A stretch of 64,000 bases of DNA, taken from assembly GCA_964270895.1 (NCBI GenBank), contig OZ185436.1. One strand, written 5' to 3'. The notes beneath the pieces are model-generated. The model ran no database searches. It had not been told where the DNA came from and saw only the letters and a program-made list of their open reading frames with translations. The stretch's first letter is position 1, and each line of letters starts with the position of its first letter. Positions 1-13,456 of this stretch are shown here, in pieces. Source of the stretch: Podarcis filfolensis. Its lineage: Eukaryota. The translations under genes and the position numbers were made by a program.

Positions 1-38
1 GGGGCTTACTTCCCAGAAAGAGTGCATAGGTTGCAGCC
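1..38 (+). mobile_element. Right arm of ~90-bp hairpin MITE (PIF/Harbinger-like), cut by window edge
   Basis: ggggcttact...gcataggttgcagcc matches the right arm of the copies at 27018, 40531 and 54051. Confidence 0.6.
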
Positions 39-629
39 ACTGCAGGTGATAATAGTAATAGCAAGAAGACATTTTCACCCCTCGATGCAAAAAAAATCAC
101 AATGGGATGTCTTGTCTAGTGCAGAATTAGCTCATTTTAAACAAAGAAACAAGAGGCTACAGACAGGGGGGAAAGAGTGACTCCTTGAATCTGCTGCCTG
201 AAGCAACTGTTTCACATTGCTCCATGGAAAGGGCACTCCCGACCTCTAAGGACATTTAGTTTTTCATGCAAGCGGAGAGGTGATTTTACAAGAGATTTCA
301 CGCCAGCTTAAACTGGGTTTCTGAACTTTAAAACGATTCTCTTTGCAGAGAAAGCTCTGTATAAGAAGATGAAATTTACCAGGAGGAAAGGTTTTCTCCT
401 GAGGTATAAATAGCAAAGAACAAACTACAAATGTGTCAGTTGTGAGGGACATATTTGTTTATTGTCACAGTCACAAGTATGCCAAATGTGCTTTCCCAGC
501 ATGTTGGCATGGTTCATGGAGTGAACATACCATCTTCAGACAACAGGCGGAAGCTTCAGCAGTTAAAGCAATTGTTACAGAATGACTCCAAACTGTTCTC
601 TAGCAGTTTGTCTAATCGCAATATGTGAT

Positions 630-917
630 AGGAGTTCTGCTCCCACAGGAGACAGTGAGGGCCACCAGTTTAGATGGCTTGAAAAGAGGATTAAAGAGAT
701 TCATGGTGGATAAGCCTCTCCGTGGCCACGAGCTGCAATGGCTAAGTTCTGTCTCTACTGCTTGAGGCAGTATGCATCTGAACACATGTTTTGGGGGAGG
801 CCAAGTTTCACTCAAGTCCTGCAAGCTTCCCATGGGCATCTGGCTGGGCACTGTGATGCCAGGATGCTGAACTAGATGGGTTTTTGGCCTGATCCAGGAG
901 GCCTCTTCTTATGTTCT
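630..917 (+). mobile_element. CR1-superfamily LINE 3' end (degraded)
   Basis: Resembles the CR1 ORF2 end (gccaccagtttagatggcttgaaaagaggatta) followed by the 3' tail gatgctgaactagatggg...tgatccaggaggcctcttcttatgttct. Confidence 0.7.
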
Positions 918-959
918 CGTGTGCTTACATGCTCGTGAGCAAGACTGAGCTGAGCAATG

Positions 960-1170
960 TATCTATTTGTGAAAATAACTGTATTGTATTAGGGGAAATT
1001 GCTTGCAAAATGTGTATACAAAGATGTAGAGAAAATATGCAATAAATTCCTGATGAATATTTGTGAGATCTTTTTTTTTTTAAAAAAAAGGCAAAGCAAA
1101 ACTGATGCAGAACTGAACTAAACTTAAGATTGGAAAAATGAGAAACAGAGAGAAATAAAAACAGATGCAT
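960..1170 (+). mobile_element. Fragment of TAGGGATG-ended non-autonomous DNA element
   Basis: Shares ggggaaattgcttgcaaaatgtgtatac and gaactgaa..ttaagattggaaaaatgagaaac blocks with 5053-5482. Confidence 0.6.
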
Positions 1171-1399
1171 CTTTCTCTCGGAGTCTTGAGCAAATTCTCT
1201 GTTTTGATTATTTATTTATTTTTTAAACCACAGACTCCTAAATCCCAGCCCAGTTAACTGTCAGAATTAAAATGAGGCCAGGCCAAGACCTTATGGGAAA
1301 CACACTGAGGCTGGATCTAGACACATCAAAGAAGTGGTTCTGTTTAAAGCGTTGTACATTTAAACAGGGAAAACAGGTAGAGAAAAATGGGACTCCACA

Positions 1400-1413
1400 T
1401 TGCCATCTGGTGG
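1400..1413 (-). promoter_or_regulatory. CTCF-like motif
   Basis: Minus strand CCACCAGATGGCAA matches consensus CCASYAGRKGGCRS at 13/14; motif only, no binding data. Confidence 0.4.
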
Positions 1414-2399
1414 CACAACGTTATATCACACATACAACACATATAAATGGCTTTTTCTTTACCAGTCTAGCTGAGTCCTGAGTGAGGGTGAATAAAGAAG
1501 CAAGGTGCAGTTATCAGGGATTCTGTTGTATATAGCACACCTTTGCTTCTGGACCATCTTTTGCTGTGAGAAGGTTTCTTCTAACCAAAATACGGCATAA
1601 GGGCCTTCTTATTTTTCTGAGTGCGTATTAGTCATAATGTCTCTATCACCCACTCTGCATAGAAAAGTACCTGTTAACATTAAGATACTGTAGTCAGATC
1701 TATTTTAAAATTCTTCTGCAGTATCAAAATTATTTGAAGGGTGTTTTTTTGGTAAGAAAAAAAGTGCAATGAATTTCAAAGAGAACATGATGTGTTATAT
1801 AATAGCTGTTATTTCTCATATATTAAAAGCCACTGGGGAAAATGTGTGGGTGTGTAGGTGATACATGTATGAATGATGATTGGAAAAAGTCCTAAGCATC
1901 AGATGTGATCTGTATCTCTTTTCCTCAATCAACGGCCAAGAGACAGAAGAACAAACTTATTGGTTTTGTACTCAAGCCTTCAGTTTGTTCTATTTCCTGG
2001 TATCACCACAGCCAGACTTCCCGTGTGTGTGAGTGTGTGTGTGTGTGGCCGTATTTTGGGAAATCCGTACTCTCTTGTTTCGAATGAGAAATTTATTTAT
2101 TTTCTTTGAGTCTGAGACTTTGAGTCTGAGACTTGTTGCAATAAAATGCAGTGATTTGTTTTTTAGAGAACCCTCTGGAATTGAGAATAAGCTTGGAGAA
2201 AAAGACTTGACCGAAATGAGCTGGTCTGAGTGTTTATTTGGAGGACAGAGCAAGGGAAGGTTACATTAGGGAGACCGTTCGAAGACTTACATTGGCAGCA
2301 GCACTGCCAGATTTATCCTTCCCACTGCTTTCGTTAATTCTCTGTTAACCAATTGAGAGGTGGTTTGTACTGCTTTCATGACTGCAAAATGGAAACGGG

Positions 2400-2423
2400 A
2401 CACACACACACACACACACACAC
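2400..2423. repeat. (CA)n microsatellite
   Basis: Perfect AC/CA run. Confidence 0.95.
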
Positions 2424-4689
2424 GAGACCCATCCACACATGGAAAATATCACTTAGGCCCCCTTGATAATGTGCCAATGAGTACACTGGTGTGATCTTCT
2501 AACCCAGAAATGGCTAATCCCCAGATCAGGGACATGGCCTGGCTCCCCAAATCAGACCCCACTGATTTTGAGAGTAGCTAAAAGAATGCAGACATGGTGC
2601 TGGGGCAAGGGGACTAGAGGTGTGAGCATCTTCATGCAGCCCAGCCCCCTATTGGGGATGCAAATTGTCTCCTCTTCTGCCATCAGCTCCTCTCCCATCA
2701 CGAGCTGGAAGCCAGCAGTTGATCTGCACAGATACTCAGAGGGGCATTGTGTGTCTTGTGTGTGAGTGAGAGAGCGAGAGCGCATTTGAGCATGGCTAGT
2801 AGGACCTAGCCATGCTGGCTGAGGCTGAACTGGAGTCCAGCAACATCCTGAAGGGTTGGAATAAGCCATTTTATAGGTACTGCAGGGAAAGTGCCAGGGA
2901 TGTCAAGAAACTTGAAATATAGGTAATGTCAAGAAGTGGGGAATGAAATCAGCTGAAGAGAAGCACACACTTTTACCAGTTTGAGACAGTGGGTGCTCCC
3001 AGACTGTTGTTATTTCTGAGCTGGGTTCAACCACATAGCAGAAAATTCAGGTTGCACAATTACAGTTGTTTGGGAGACAGTGTGCTTTCTCCAAATATCT
3101 GAATTTTTGTAAAGGGAATATGCCCTGAAAGCTGTGGAGTAACAGTTTTTTGATGCACCATTGTGTAACTTCCCTACAAACAAATCAGGATGAATTTTCA
3201 ATAAACAGGTTGTCTGAATGAATTAAACTATTTGGGTCGGAAGACTGGGAAATTATTGTCTAACACAGAAAGTAGATCTGTTGGGTGTCATTCTAGAGTG
3301 AATATTTCAAATAATTTATTTTATTTAACTGACAGTGGAAAATCTGAAGTCCTTTTTATTTTTCTTCTCTCCCCGCCCCCTTTTCTTTCTTGTTTTTCCT
3401 TTGGTTTTCCTTCTTTTTCTTTCTCCATTTTTCTTTTTATTTAGATGAGTTTCTTTTATCTTATTGCAATATGAAAAGCTTTAATAAAATCTTATTTTTA
3501 ATAAGTAAACAGGTTGTTTGGAAGGACCCCATTGGACATAAGCTGATGAACTCTGCAGTGGGGAGGGTTATACATGATCTGTGCTGACACTGACAGCCCC
3601 CCTTTTCCATCCTGAAGAAAATGTAGCCCACAGAACACCAGCACATTGAGTTCCCTCAGCTGCACAGATAAATGAAACCAGAGGATATCCACGGGGGACT
3701 CCAAAGCTTTCAATGTTCAGCAGAGTGAGAATACGGAGAAATATATTTTCGGAATTAAGGAATTCCATTTAATCACAAGCATATGTGAGCTGCAGTTACT
3801 GAGGCAAAGGCAAAAGAACGGTTCTTTGCATTAAAATGGAAGGCGTTGGTAATTCCAAGAAGGCGGTGTGGGGTAGAGTGAAAGAGAACAGTAAGTCACT
3901 GAGTATTTTATTTAATAATAATAAAAGGGGGGCCCCTGGTATTTCTTGCAAGAGAATTAAATACTGGTGGGAAGAAAAAGGGTTTTCTATACCCTGTGAC
4001 AGCCCACTCTGTTCAACCAGAAAGAAATGAAACCACATGTTGTGATTATATCCCGTGAGCTCTAATGAGGCATACTGGGGGCATGATGGCATTGCTGACA
4101 TTTTTCAAAGAAAGGCATCTTAGCTTTGAGAGTTAAGTTGCTCCCATTTTAACCAAGGGCAGAGGGGAGGGAGACCCAAAGGAAAGACAAACCGCCAAAT
4201 TCAAAGGCCCACCAGGCTCCTTGAAAGTGGAGTGTGGACATGTTTTTCCTCCCCACTCATGCCCAACCATGATCTCCCCCTTCCCATTGATTGCTATTGG
4301 GGAAGGGGAGGGAGAAATACGCCATCTCCAAGGTTAGCATTTTCTCCCCACCCATTCTGGGGGCATTCTAGGGATCCAGGAGAGCCAAAGCCTCTCTTAA
4401 TATCCCCACAGAATGCCCTCTTTCTGCCCCCTCTGCCATCAGAACACTGTCGGCACAGGAGAGAAAGCCTCAAAAGAACCCAGAGTATTGGGTGGCCCCT
4501 GAGACGCCCTCTTAGGGACTGTAGGATTCCAGACTGACAGAATCTTAATTAGAATTCTCTCCCTAATGCTCCCAGAAAGCAGAGGAGCTTGCAATCCAGT
4601 GCTTACATTGAGTGAATCGGGTCTGATCACTTGCCCAGATGGGATTGCTATGTATGCAAAACACCACCACCACCATCCATTTTCAAAGA

Positions 4690-4843
4690 GAAGTAGAGGA
4701 GAAATCTGCAATAAAATGCTGATGAATTTTTTGTATTAAAATCAATCAATTAATAAATCAGAAACTGATGTGGAAACGTGGAGAACTGAATTTAAGAGTG
4801 GAAAAATGAGAAGCAGAGGAAAATGTAAATTTATCCCTCCCTA
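4690..4843 (+). mobile_element. 3' fragment of TAGGGATG-ended element
   Basis: ggagaactgaatttaagagtggaaaaatgagaa...atccctcccta matches the right end of 5053-5482. Confidence 0.65.
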
Positions 4844-5052
4844 GTAAGGGCAAGTGGATGTGGTTCTGATCCCCCTTTCATGCATTTACATCCATAAAGA
4901 TGGTCAGACTATTATTAATTAATTAATTAATCATTAATTAAATTTGTACACCACCCTTCCAACATAAATAGGCTTAAGTGAGTATAGTTTCAGTCCTATG
5001 CACGCTTGTCTAGAACTATGTCTTAATGAAGACAGTTAGACTTGCTTGCAAC

Positions 5053-5482
5053 TAGGGATGGAGGAGAAATTTGATTCAGTGCATATTTAAGCTGAATCTA
5101 TTAGATTTGCACACTCTGAAACAAGATGTGAACCGAAACACAGCCATCCTTCAGAATTCGTATTTATCTGAATTTTGCAATGCAGCTCTCCCACCAAACT
5201 ATTCTTCTGAAAAGGCATCTGTTAGGGGCAAGTGTCCATAAAAATGAAGATATGACAGAAAATAGAATATAAACATTCATAATATTGGGAGAAATTGCTT
5301 ACAGAAATGTGTACAGTACTCAGAAAAATGTTGATTAGGAAAAATTCACCCTAAAACGCTGATCCGTCTTCATAAGGATTTTTTTAAAAATGGCATATTG
5401 CTGCAAAATGTGGAGAACTGAATTTAAGAATGGAAAAATGAGAAACTAAGAGAATCGAAATGGACAGATCGTCTCATCCCTA
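5053..5482 (+). mobile_element. Full-length non-autonomous DNA transposon (hAT-like), TIR TAGGGATG
   Basis: Starts tagggatgga and ends tctcatcccta; the 8-bp flanks cttgcaac/gttccagc match 5/8; four partial copies elsewhere in the window. Confidence 0.7.
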
Positions 5483-6149
5483 GTTCCAGCCAAGTGTGTG
5501 TATATCCTTCACATTAATTTATTGTGGGAATATTTAAGCTGTATGTATTTTCAGTACTGTGTTCAAAGTTCACAATGAGTTCAAAGCAGCTACTTTCAGA
5601 GCAGTGGGGAGAGGGGAGTTTTGGTGACAAACTCATAAAAGGAATGTGCACTTTGGCTTGTGTTCTAGGACTAATGGACTCTGCTCCTAAGAGTTTCACA
5701 GACTCATAGCGCAGCAGGTTATGTGAGAACTGAACTCCTTTTTCTCTCTGACAAACAATACCCTTGTTTAAGAACATGGCTGAGGAAATATATTTTCAGA
5801 ACTATGTATACATTTGCTTGAGAATTATTCAAAAGACCAAACTGAATGTCATTTCAGAGAAGCACTTGGGAAATATCAAGCTCCCTATAAAAATAGTCTC
5901 AACTGTGAGAGATTGATGGGCCAAATACAAAGCAAAACATTACTCCCCTCCTCTCACAAATAAACACCCTACCTGTTTCACAAAGTGCACCCAACTTTAA
6001 ATCAAGTTCAGACGCCACTCTAGGGCTAAGGGTGTTTGGACTTTGGCCTGAAAAACAACAACATACAGTAATGAATGTGGAAATAAAAACAAAAAAAGAT
6101 GGGATTAAAATGCTAGAAGTCATTTTGACATAGAATGTAACTTCACTTC

Positions 6150-6423
6150 TCGCAGTGGCAGTTCCCTCCCTGCAAGAAATGAAGTTACAGGGAACTAGGC
6201 AGAGGACCTCCTCAGCCATGGCATCCTCTCTGTGAAACGCCCTCCCATCAGATGTCAAGGAGATAAAGAACTTCACAACTTTTAGAAGACATCTGAAGGC
6301 AGCCCTGTATTGGGTAGTTTTTATGTCTCATGCTTTATTATGAATTTATATGTACTGGAAGTGGGCGGAGTATAAACAATATAATAGTAATAGTAATAGT
6401 AATAGTAATAGTAATAGTAATAA
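6150..6423 (+). mobile_element. L2 LINE 3' end with (TAGTAA)n tail
   Basis: gaagttacagggaactaggcagagg...aacgccctcccatcagatgtcaagg...tttagaagacatctgaaggcagccctg is shared with 15720-15949; hexamer tail at 6382-6423. Confidence 0.85.
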
Positions 6424-6554
6424 TTCTTTCCCTGACCAAGATAGAAAAAAATAAATATTGGACATGAAGAGCAGTGGCTGCAACTTGGAAAAGAATGAAA
6501 CATTTGAATGATAAAGTGTATGGGAGAAGGCATCAAGGCATATTAATGCATATA

Positions 6555-6796
6555 CAGTGGTACCTCGGGTTACGTACGCTTCAGGTTACATACGCTTCAG
6601 GTTACACACTCTGCTAACCCAGAAATAGTGCTTCAGGTTAAGAACTTTGCTTCAGGATAAGAACAGAAATTGGGCTCTGGCAGCGTGGCGGCAGCGGGAG
6701 GCCCCATTAGCTAAAGTGGTGCTTCAGGTTAAGAACAGTTTCAGGTTAAGAACGGACCTCCGGAACAAATTAAGTACTTAACCTGAGGTACCACTG
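6555..6796 (+). mobile_element. Tc1/mariner (pogo/Tigger-like) MITE, 242 bp
   Basis: TIR CAGTGGTACCTC...GAGGTACCACTG, TA on both sides (6553-6554, 6797-6798), six internal TTCAGG(T/A)TA repeats; second copy at 24501. Confidence 0.93.
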
Positions 6797-7076
6797 TAAT
6801 GTTGACCATGCAATTTCCCTCACATATTTTCTCTCTCACTCTTGTCTCTCTAACTTTTGCAGTAGACAGAGGAAGAGAGTTAAGCAAACTTAACACCTTC
6901 ACACTTGCCCCCCCCATGACTAAAAGCTATCTAGATCAGGGTCCTACAACAAGGGGGTTAGTGTTAGACCTCATCCTTCCTCCATGCTGCAGTTCAAACT
7001 GGGATCCCATACAACTTCTTTCATACAGAAGGAAGTTGTGCTATTATGTAGCTCAAAGGACAAACCATTGGTTCCA

Positions 7077-7338
7077 GAGTCAGTGTGGTGTAGTGGTTAA
7101 GAGCAGTGGACTGATAATCTGGTGAACTGGGTTCGATTCCCCGCTCCTCCACATGCAGCTGCTGGGTGACCTTGGGCCAGTCACACTTCTCTGAAGTCTC
7201 TCAGCCTCACTCACCTCACAGAGTGTTTGTTGTGGGGGAGGAAGGGAAAGGAGATTGTGAGCCACTTTGAGACTCCTTAAGGGAGTGATAAAGTGGGATA
7301 TCAAATCCAAACTCCTCCTCCTCCTCCTCTTCTTCTTC
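7077..7338 (+). mobile_element. tRNA-derived CORE-type SINE (MIR-like lacertid family, POM/Squam2-like)
   Basis: A box gtggtgtagtggtt, B box ggttcgattccc, CORE-like gggtgaccttgggccagtcac, (CTC/CTT)n tail; family name from memory. Confidence 0.8.
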
Positions 7339-7586
7339 CAGCTGACATCTGCAGTAGATAAGATCACAAGCAGGTCATTTACATATTTGCTTGTTAGAAG
7401 TGTTTGCAAGAAGAAACAGTTCCAAAATTAGAAATCCAGGGCTGGAATGGACAAATTTCCTCAGTACCCCCTTGGGTTGGCCCAGAAATGTGCCTAGTCC
7501 TCTCTGAAAAAAATGGAGAGAAATCAGTAAAGTTCTCAAGCTGATCCTCATCCTCAAAGCAGGCTTGGAAGTGCCCCAGGAGTTAA

Positions 7587-7589
<3 letters not shown>

Positions 7590-7624
<35 letters not shown>
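7590..7624. repeat. (CA)n microsatellite
   Basis: Perfect run. Confidence 0.95.
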
Positions 7625-7627
<3 letters not shown>

Positions 7628-7985
7628 TTAATATAATTTAAATCTCTAAGTGGTTCACACAAAATTAATATCTGAGTCAGAGTCAAATGAATTCTCCTGA
7701 GACCTCTGTTCAGGACCATCTCTGACAGTCAGACAGAGAATGAATCTAGCAGGCATGGTTTTCACCAGTTTCTTAACAGAAGCCCATAGTCATTGCCTTA
7801 GCTTTGGGAAAACTTGACTGTGGCCTAGGAAGCAGTGGCAATATGTATGATGGGGGTGGAGCTGCTGCCCTGACACCAGTGTGACTGCTGCTTCCCAGCA
7901 CAGGGCTGGGACAGTGGTGAGGTTGGGGCCTTGCTGTTGCACTGCTGAGAGCACCTCCAACCTGCCCCAGCCCTGTCCAGGTAAG

Positions 7986-8006
7986 CAGCAGCAGCAGCAG
8001 CAGCAG
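7986..8006. repeat. (CAG)7 microsatellite
   Basis: Seven CAG units; no surrounding exon context. Confidence 0.9.
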
Positions 8007-9629
8007 GGGTTTTGGAGGATGACGCTGTGGCTCCAGCCTACCGTGTGCCACTACTGCTCCAAAGGTCAAACAATGGACTTGAGGAAGTTGAGGTTTGCCC
8101 TAGTCAGGCATTGCAAATCTGGATGTTTTCATATTGTCTGGGGTTACAAAGGGTTAGATCTATATACAGTCTGATCCATAGGAAACAGAGGTAATCCACG
8201 CCAGAATCAAAGTAATGAAAGGTAGCTTATAAATCTCAGAAACAAACTCTGGACAATGAAGGCAGATATTCATAGATTATTATATGCAACACAGACAATG
8301 AAATACAGTATACTTTTAATTCTACGGGACACCCCTTATGTTGGTTTCCTGAATAATAAGATCTCACCTCAATTCTGTTTTTACCTCTGATATTGCAATT
8401 GTCACACAGTTAAGTCACAAATCTTTTCTTGTAAGATTTCCCCAACTTACTCAGTGTGCATTTTACTGATAACCTGTGCCCTCTTGACTTGAAGAAATTC
8501 CAGCTCATTTCTGCAATTCTTAGTCCAAGTCACCTTGCCAATTAACCTATGCTACTCAAAACTTTCCATGTACAAACCAAATGGTCTTTTAAATATCTTT
8601 TATTGCTTCCCATAGCTTAATTATAAAGTCATACCTTTTACCCTCCCGTTTTTCCCTCAGGACTTATGCTTCTTTGGCAGAACAACACTTCTTCAGTTTA
8701 TGAGTCATTATGTAGGTCTGAGATGAAAGTTCTTCAATGAATATTTTCAGTAGGGGGGAAAAACCCAGACACAAATTTGAGTAACTGGAAAGTTTTCAGA
8801 ATCCTCCTAAATGTTTTGCTTGGTGTAAACAGCTTCTGTTTCAGTATCCTACTTATTATTAATAGTATTGTTATTACCAAATAGGCTTCTAAGCAGTTAA
8901 ATGGCCCCTTAGATAGCCAATGAAGGCAAACTAAGCTAATTTTGAGTGAGTATTCTTACTTATTTAAGAAGCATGTCCTTACTTTTCATTAGCTTCATTT
9001 ACCTCCAGTGACATCGCCACACAACCAAATCTGCTGAACTACATGACAGTAGCATGTTACTGGTAAGAAGAACAAAGAGCAATTTGAAGGGGGGGGGGGG
9101 AGAGAGCTGCTGAAACTACAGCCAGCTAGGGCTTCAAAGAGGCTTGCTGTGGAATGACATCTAGAGTCATTCATGGTCTGCCTGCAGGAGTGTGGCAGGG
9201 TGCAGTCAGCCTGAACAAATGCCAGGGGAATGCCTTCTCTCTGCCGTTCCTCCTATGAAATAAAGCCTCTCAAAGCCACATTCCAATCACTAAAAAGTAG
9301 TGTTTTTCACAGGACTGGTGTGCCTTTTCTGAATGTCTGTGCTGCTCAAGACTGAGAAACTGTGATTGAGAAACATACACCTGGGGAGAGATGTACGTTT
9401 GATCTATGTATGGGGGGGGGAGGCATGCATGTAAGCATGAGAGAGGGAGAGATGCATGTGATGTGTGCATGTATGAGAGAGGGAGGGAGGGAGAGGGGGG
9501 CATGCGTGGCTGTGGTCTGCATGTGTGCAGTGAATGTGTGTGTGTATGCTGTGTGAGAGAGCATGAGTGTGGTGGGACGAGCTTGCACATTTCCCCTTGC
9601 GCTGGTGGATGCTCCCTATTGTTATTAGA

Positions 9630-9820
9630 TGGGCTTGCCATACATCAGGAAAATTCCTGACAAGTCCGGGTTTGGGGGTATAAAAATGGTGTGCGGGGGA
9701 ATTTTGCCAAATTGGTAAAATGTCAGGAAAAGCCCGGATGTATGGCAACGCGATGGAAAAAGCAACGGAAACCACTTTGCAAATGTCAGGAATTTTACTT
9801 TTTGAAATATGGCAAGCCTA
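9630..9820 (+). mobile_element. hAT MITE, TIR TAGGCTTGCCA type
   Basis: tgggcttgccata...tatggcaagccta; 8-bp TSD ttattaga/ctattaga (7/8); homologous to 42172-42427. Confidence 0.85.
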
Positions 9821-10014
9821 CTATTAGAGAGCAATGGCATTGCGTAATCTCTGCAATCATGACCAGCAGGACATAGGGGACTTCCTACAGCAAGCATGAG
9901 GATTTCTGGAATGGGGTAGGAAGCAGCAGTGACTGTACACTAATATACTGTTATGGTAGCCATGTTGTATTATGACAGGGTTATCCCCCCGCCCCAAATC
10001 CCGTCTAGTACCAA

Positions 10015-10250
10015 GAACAATGCAAAAGGAGATTCTGACTAAACATCAGGAAGAACATTATAGCAGTAAGCGCTGTTTGACAGTGGAGTGGTCTCCCTCA
10101 GGAAGTTGTGAACTTTCTTTTGCTGGAGGTTTTTAAGCAGAAGCTGAATAGCCATCTGTCACGAATGCTTTAGTTGAGATTCCTGCATTGTCGGGGGTTG
10201 AATTAGATGACCTTTGGGGTCCTTTCCAACTCTACAGTTCTATGATTCTT
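10015..10250 (+). mobile_element. CR1 LINE 3' end
   Basis: ggagattctgactaaacatcaggaagaac...ccttccaactctacagttctatgattct with the diagnostic CR1 ATTCT(A/G)TG terminus. Confidence 0.88.
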
Positions 10251-11154
10251 TGAAAAGCTTGAGCATGAGTATCATTTCCACACGTTTTCTATCCGCTTCC
10301 TATCTGGGAAGATAAAAGGTTCTTCAAGTAGGCAGTTAATACTTCATCCATTTTTCATCACGTTGAATGTTCAGGTTGCATTTATGCCAATGGAATAAAT
10401 TGTTATTCACAGCTCCCATTATTTCTAACAGGCCTTTAGATAAAGCCCTATTGTTTTCAATGGAAATTCTCATCATTCATTCTAGTAAGACCCCGGCTTG
10501 TGTGGTTCACTGAACAATACATTTTGGAGATGGCAATATGGAAAGGAACTTGAGGGGGAGTTTGAGATTTCTGAAAAAACAGCAGAGGTTGAGCTAGATG
10601 GGCAGAAGTCCAAAGGAACCCATGGGCTCATATTTGTGGGAATTGTTCACTGTCTTTTTAAGCCCTGGAGAGAGCAAACATTGAGCTACACTTCCCAGAA
10701 ATCCCTGTGAAGATTGATTGACTGTTAAACCACTCTGAGAACGGTAGCTCTTTGTAAAAGGAAAAAGATTGCTTCTAATTTAAGTGACATAATTATTCTG
10801 TGATCAATGTGCTTCTTATTCATTTTTCTTTCATTTCTGCTAAGAGGTGGCTTGCTTAAAAATATAGTGATCAGAAAACCAGCCATGCCACTGAGGTCAC
10901 CCGAAGCTCAAGCTGCAGTAAATGATCCAGCAGTCCCCTCAAGCTACGTACCTGCTCCTTCAGAGGGAGCGTAACCCCTTCAAGAGCCTCTCATCCATCT
11001 GGTCTAGGGAACCACCTCAGTCGTATCTGGACTGAACTTCAGTTTGTCGGCTCCCTAATGTCATTCTAATTTGTTGGCTGATCACTGCTGTTCTGTCTGC
11101 TGAAGTTGAAGGGAAGGGAAGCTGGATGTAGGCTATTCAATTCCTCCGCCTCTC

Positions 11155-11168
11155 CAAGCAGGTGGCAC
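11155..11168 (+). promoter_or_regulatory. CTCF-like motif
   Basis: CAAGCAGGTGGCAC matches CCASYAGRKGGCRS at 13/14; motif only. Confidence 0.3.
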
Positions 11169-13053
11169 ATTTGCAGATGCTGTCTCTGGCTGGCCAGAAA
11201 AGGAAGATAGCAGTGGCTGCAAGGAGGGATGGGTGAATCAAAGCATTTAGGTTACTCCCGGTTCCTTATTTTTCCATTCTAAAGTTCAGTTTGTTCCATT
11301 TCCAGTTTGCATTCAAAAGAGAAGCCAGCTTGAAAATTTCTACACATTTTAAATACTCATTTCTCCTAGAATACTCATATTTGAGTGAAAGGTGGCCTAA
11401 GAACATTCCCCAAATATATGCATCTCTGTGAGACCTCTCCCTGATATTTGCTGTGTGTGCGTGTGTGCATTTTTTCACTTTAAAGCTACATCATAAAATT
11501 TGGCAGAGTGCAAATTTCAAAGAGTAGCTGCCTTTTGCACTGGTTTGGAAATTGCGAAGGAGGAAACCCTGCATTAAAGTGAAAATCGAATGACTTTCTC
11601 TCCACCCTAGTTGCAGGCAGATGGAGAGACCCAGCATCTCAAAGGGTTTGCTCCCTTCCTGCCATTTTTGGAAAGCAGTAATGGTTTTTGCCACTCAGGA
11701 ATATGCACTTTTGAACTGGCTAAATGCCTCTTTTCCATTCCAGATTTTTTTGCACTGTACATATGCTTATCGTAGCTCCTATTGCATATATATGTCCTAG
11801 AATAGATGTGGGCATCAATGACACACGTAGATCCATATACATTTAGTGGGTCTTAAACCATGAATATATAAAGGGACTGCAAGTGTTTGCCCAAAGTAAA
11901 AAGTTTTACAGTCCCTCTAGAAGAACTTCAAGGGAATTGGTACCTTTGAGACAATTGCGAAGAAAAACTGCATTGTCCTTGTTCAGACTTGGCACAGGGA
12001 ATTATGACTTAGTTGATTTTGGAGATTGCAGTGTGATTTAAGTAGACATGCAGGCAGAAGATATGTACATTTGCATGCTATTACTGCTGAGCAATTTCAC
12101 AAATGTACCTGCTTGTAATTAGAAAAGAGGCCATGAACTCTATAAAGGGAGTGATTTTCTTATCACTAACAAGGTAAGGGGGGGAGATAGCCCCCCATAT
12201 GCTTATGCAATCACTGGAACCTCAAAGAGTCATTGATTGCAGGTCTATGGAAACGAAATGCTTTGAGGATTTCAGCTTTTAACTTTATAGGTTCATATGA
12301 CCTTCCCATGTATACACAATGCAACATTTACCCACAAAAAGATCACACCATGTAAATTGCTTCAAATTTACTGAAAGTGCCGTAGTAGCTGTGGTTAATA
12401 ACCATGCTGTAAAACAAAAGTCCTTTGGGTCAAATCAGAAATGCGGGTTCTGTTTTGTTTTCATGCTATTCTCCTTCTCCCAATTACCAGCTCATTATTG
12501 TATTGCCATAAATGTTTCCAGAACATATGACAGGCACAAAATAGCCCTCATCTATCCCTCTCAGAATATAAATATCATCACCAGTCAATACTTCCCAAAC
12601 TGACTCCCATCAGTTGGCCGCATGAACCTGTCAGCATGCCCGAGGACAATTTCCTGCTGAAAACCCCATAAAGTCTAAAACAAATAATCGAGTGATGGTG
12701 ATGTCCTTTGAAAGTTAAACCACCATGGCTGATTAAATGTCTGAGAGAAGTCATAAGCAGAATTATCAGACATTTAGGAAACAATAGTACCAGGACACAT
12801 TGCATATAATTAGTGCTTTGTTTTGGCAGGATAGGAAGGGAAAGGTTAAGTTGTTGGAAGAGAATAAATTATTTGCTGTGTTGATATTCTCAGTTTAAAA
12901 GGATCTAGAGGGTTCACCTTTGGACACTGGAAGCATGCCTAGTCCCCGACACATTAGTTATGGGAGAATGTATCAGCTTATTTGTCTGCTGGGATCAGAG
13001 GTAGAACAGAAATACAAAGGACCAGAAGAGGCACAAAAAGTAGAGGCAGTGTC

Positions 13054-13158
13054 TAGGGATGCATAGATGGAACACTCCTGCCTGCATCAATTTCACATGT
13101 ACTCATAATGAAGTGTGTTTTCTCTTGTGCTAGCTTTTGCCAGTGACTATATGTGTGT

Positions 13159-13196
<38 letters not shown>

Positions 13197-13456
13197 CTGT
13201 ACTGAAGTTTGTATTTAAATACATATTTTATAACAAAATATGTATTTTCTCTTAATGTACAGGTGTCAGGTGTTATCCTAAAACATGCTCTTTTAAACAC
13301 ATTTTGCTCCTCTTTTTTGATACATAAAGTGCATCACAAAATCCGAAGTGAAATCCAAAGGATAATTATATTGTAATGTGTGAAGTAGTCTGGGAGGTGC
13401 AAATCTGATAAATTCGCTTAAAAATACAGAGTGAACGAAATTTTGCATTATTCTTC
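13054..13456 (-). mobile_element. Degraded inverted copy of TAGGGATG-ended element containing (TG)n at 13152-13192
   Basis: tagggatg at 13054; gaggtgcaaatctgataaattcgcttaaaaatacagagtgaacgaaatt is the reverse complement of the left part of 5053-5482. Confidence 0.55.

Noticed and set aside
2104-2131. 14-bp direct duplication tttgagtctgagac
   Set aside because: An ordinary slippage duplication.
6555-6796. Regularly spaced TTCAGGTTA repeats, superficially CRISPR-like
   Set aside because: They are short subterminal repeats inside a TA-flanked mariner MITE in a vertebrate genome, with no spacer architecture or cas genes.
7881-8174. PolyQ-containing ORF
   Set aside because: The Q run is a (CAG)7 microsatellite; there is no recognisable protein or supported exon structure.
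9270-9775. His/Pro-rich overlapping ORFs
   Set aside because: They are translations of degenerate (CA)/(GA) repeats and a hAT MITE.
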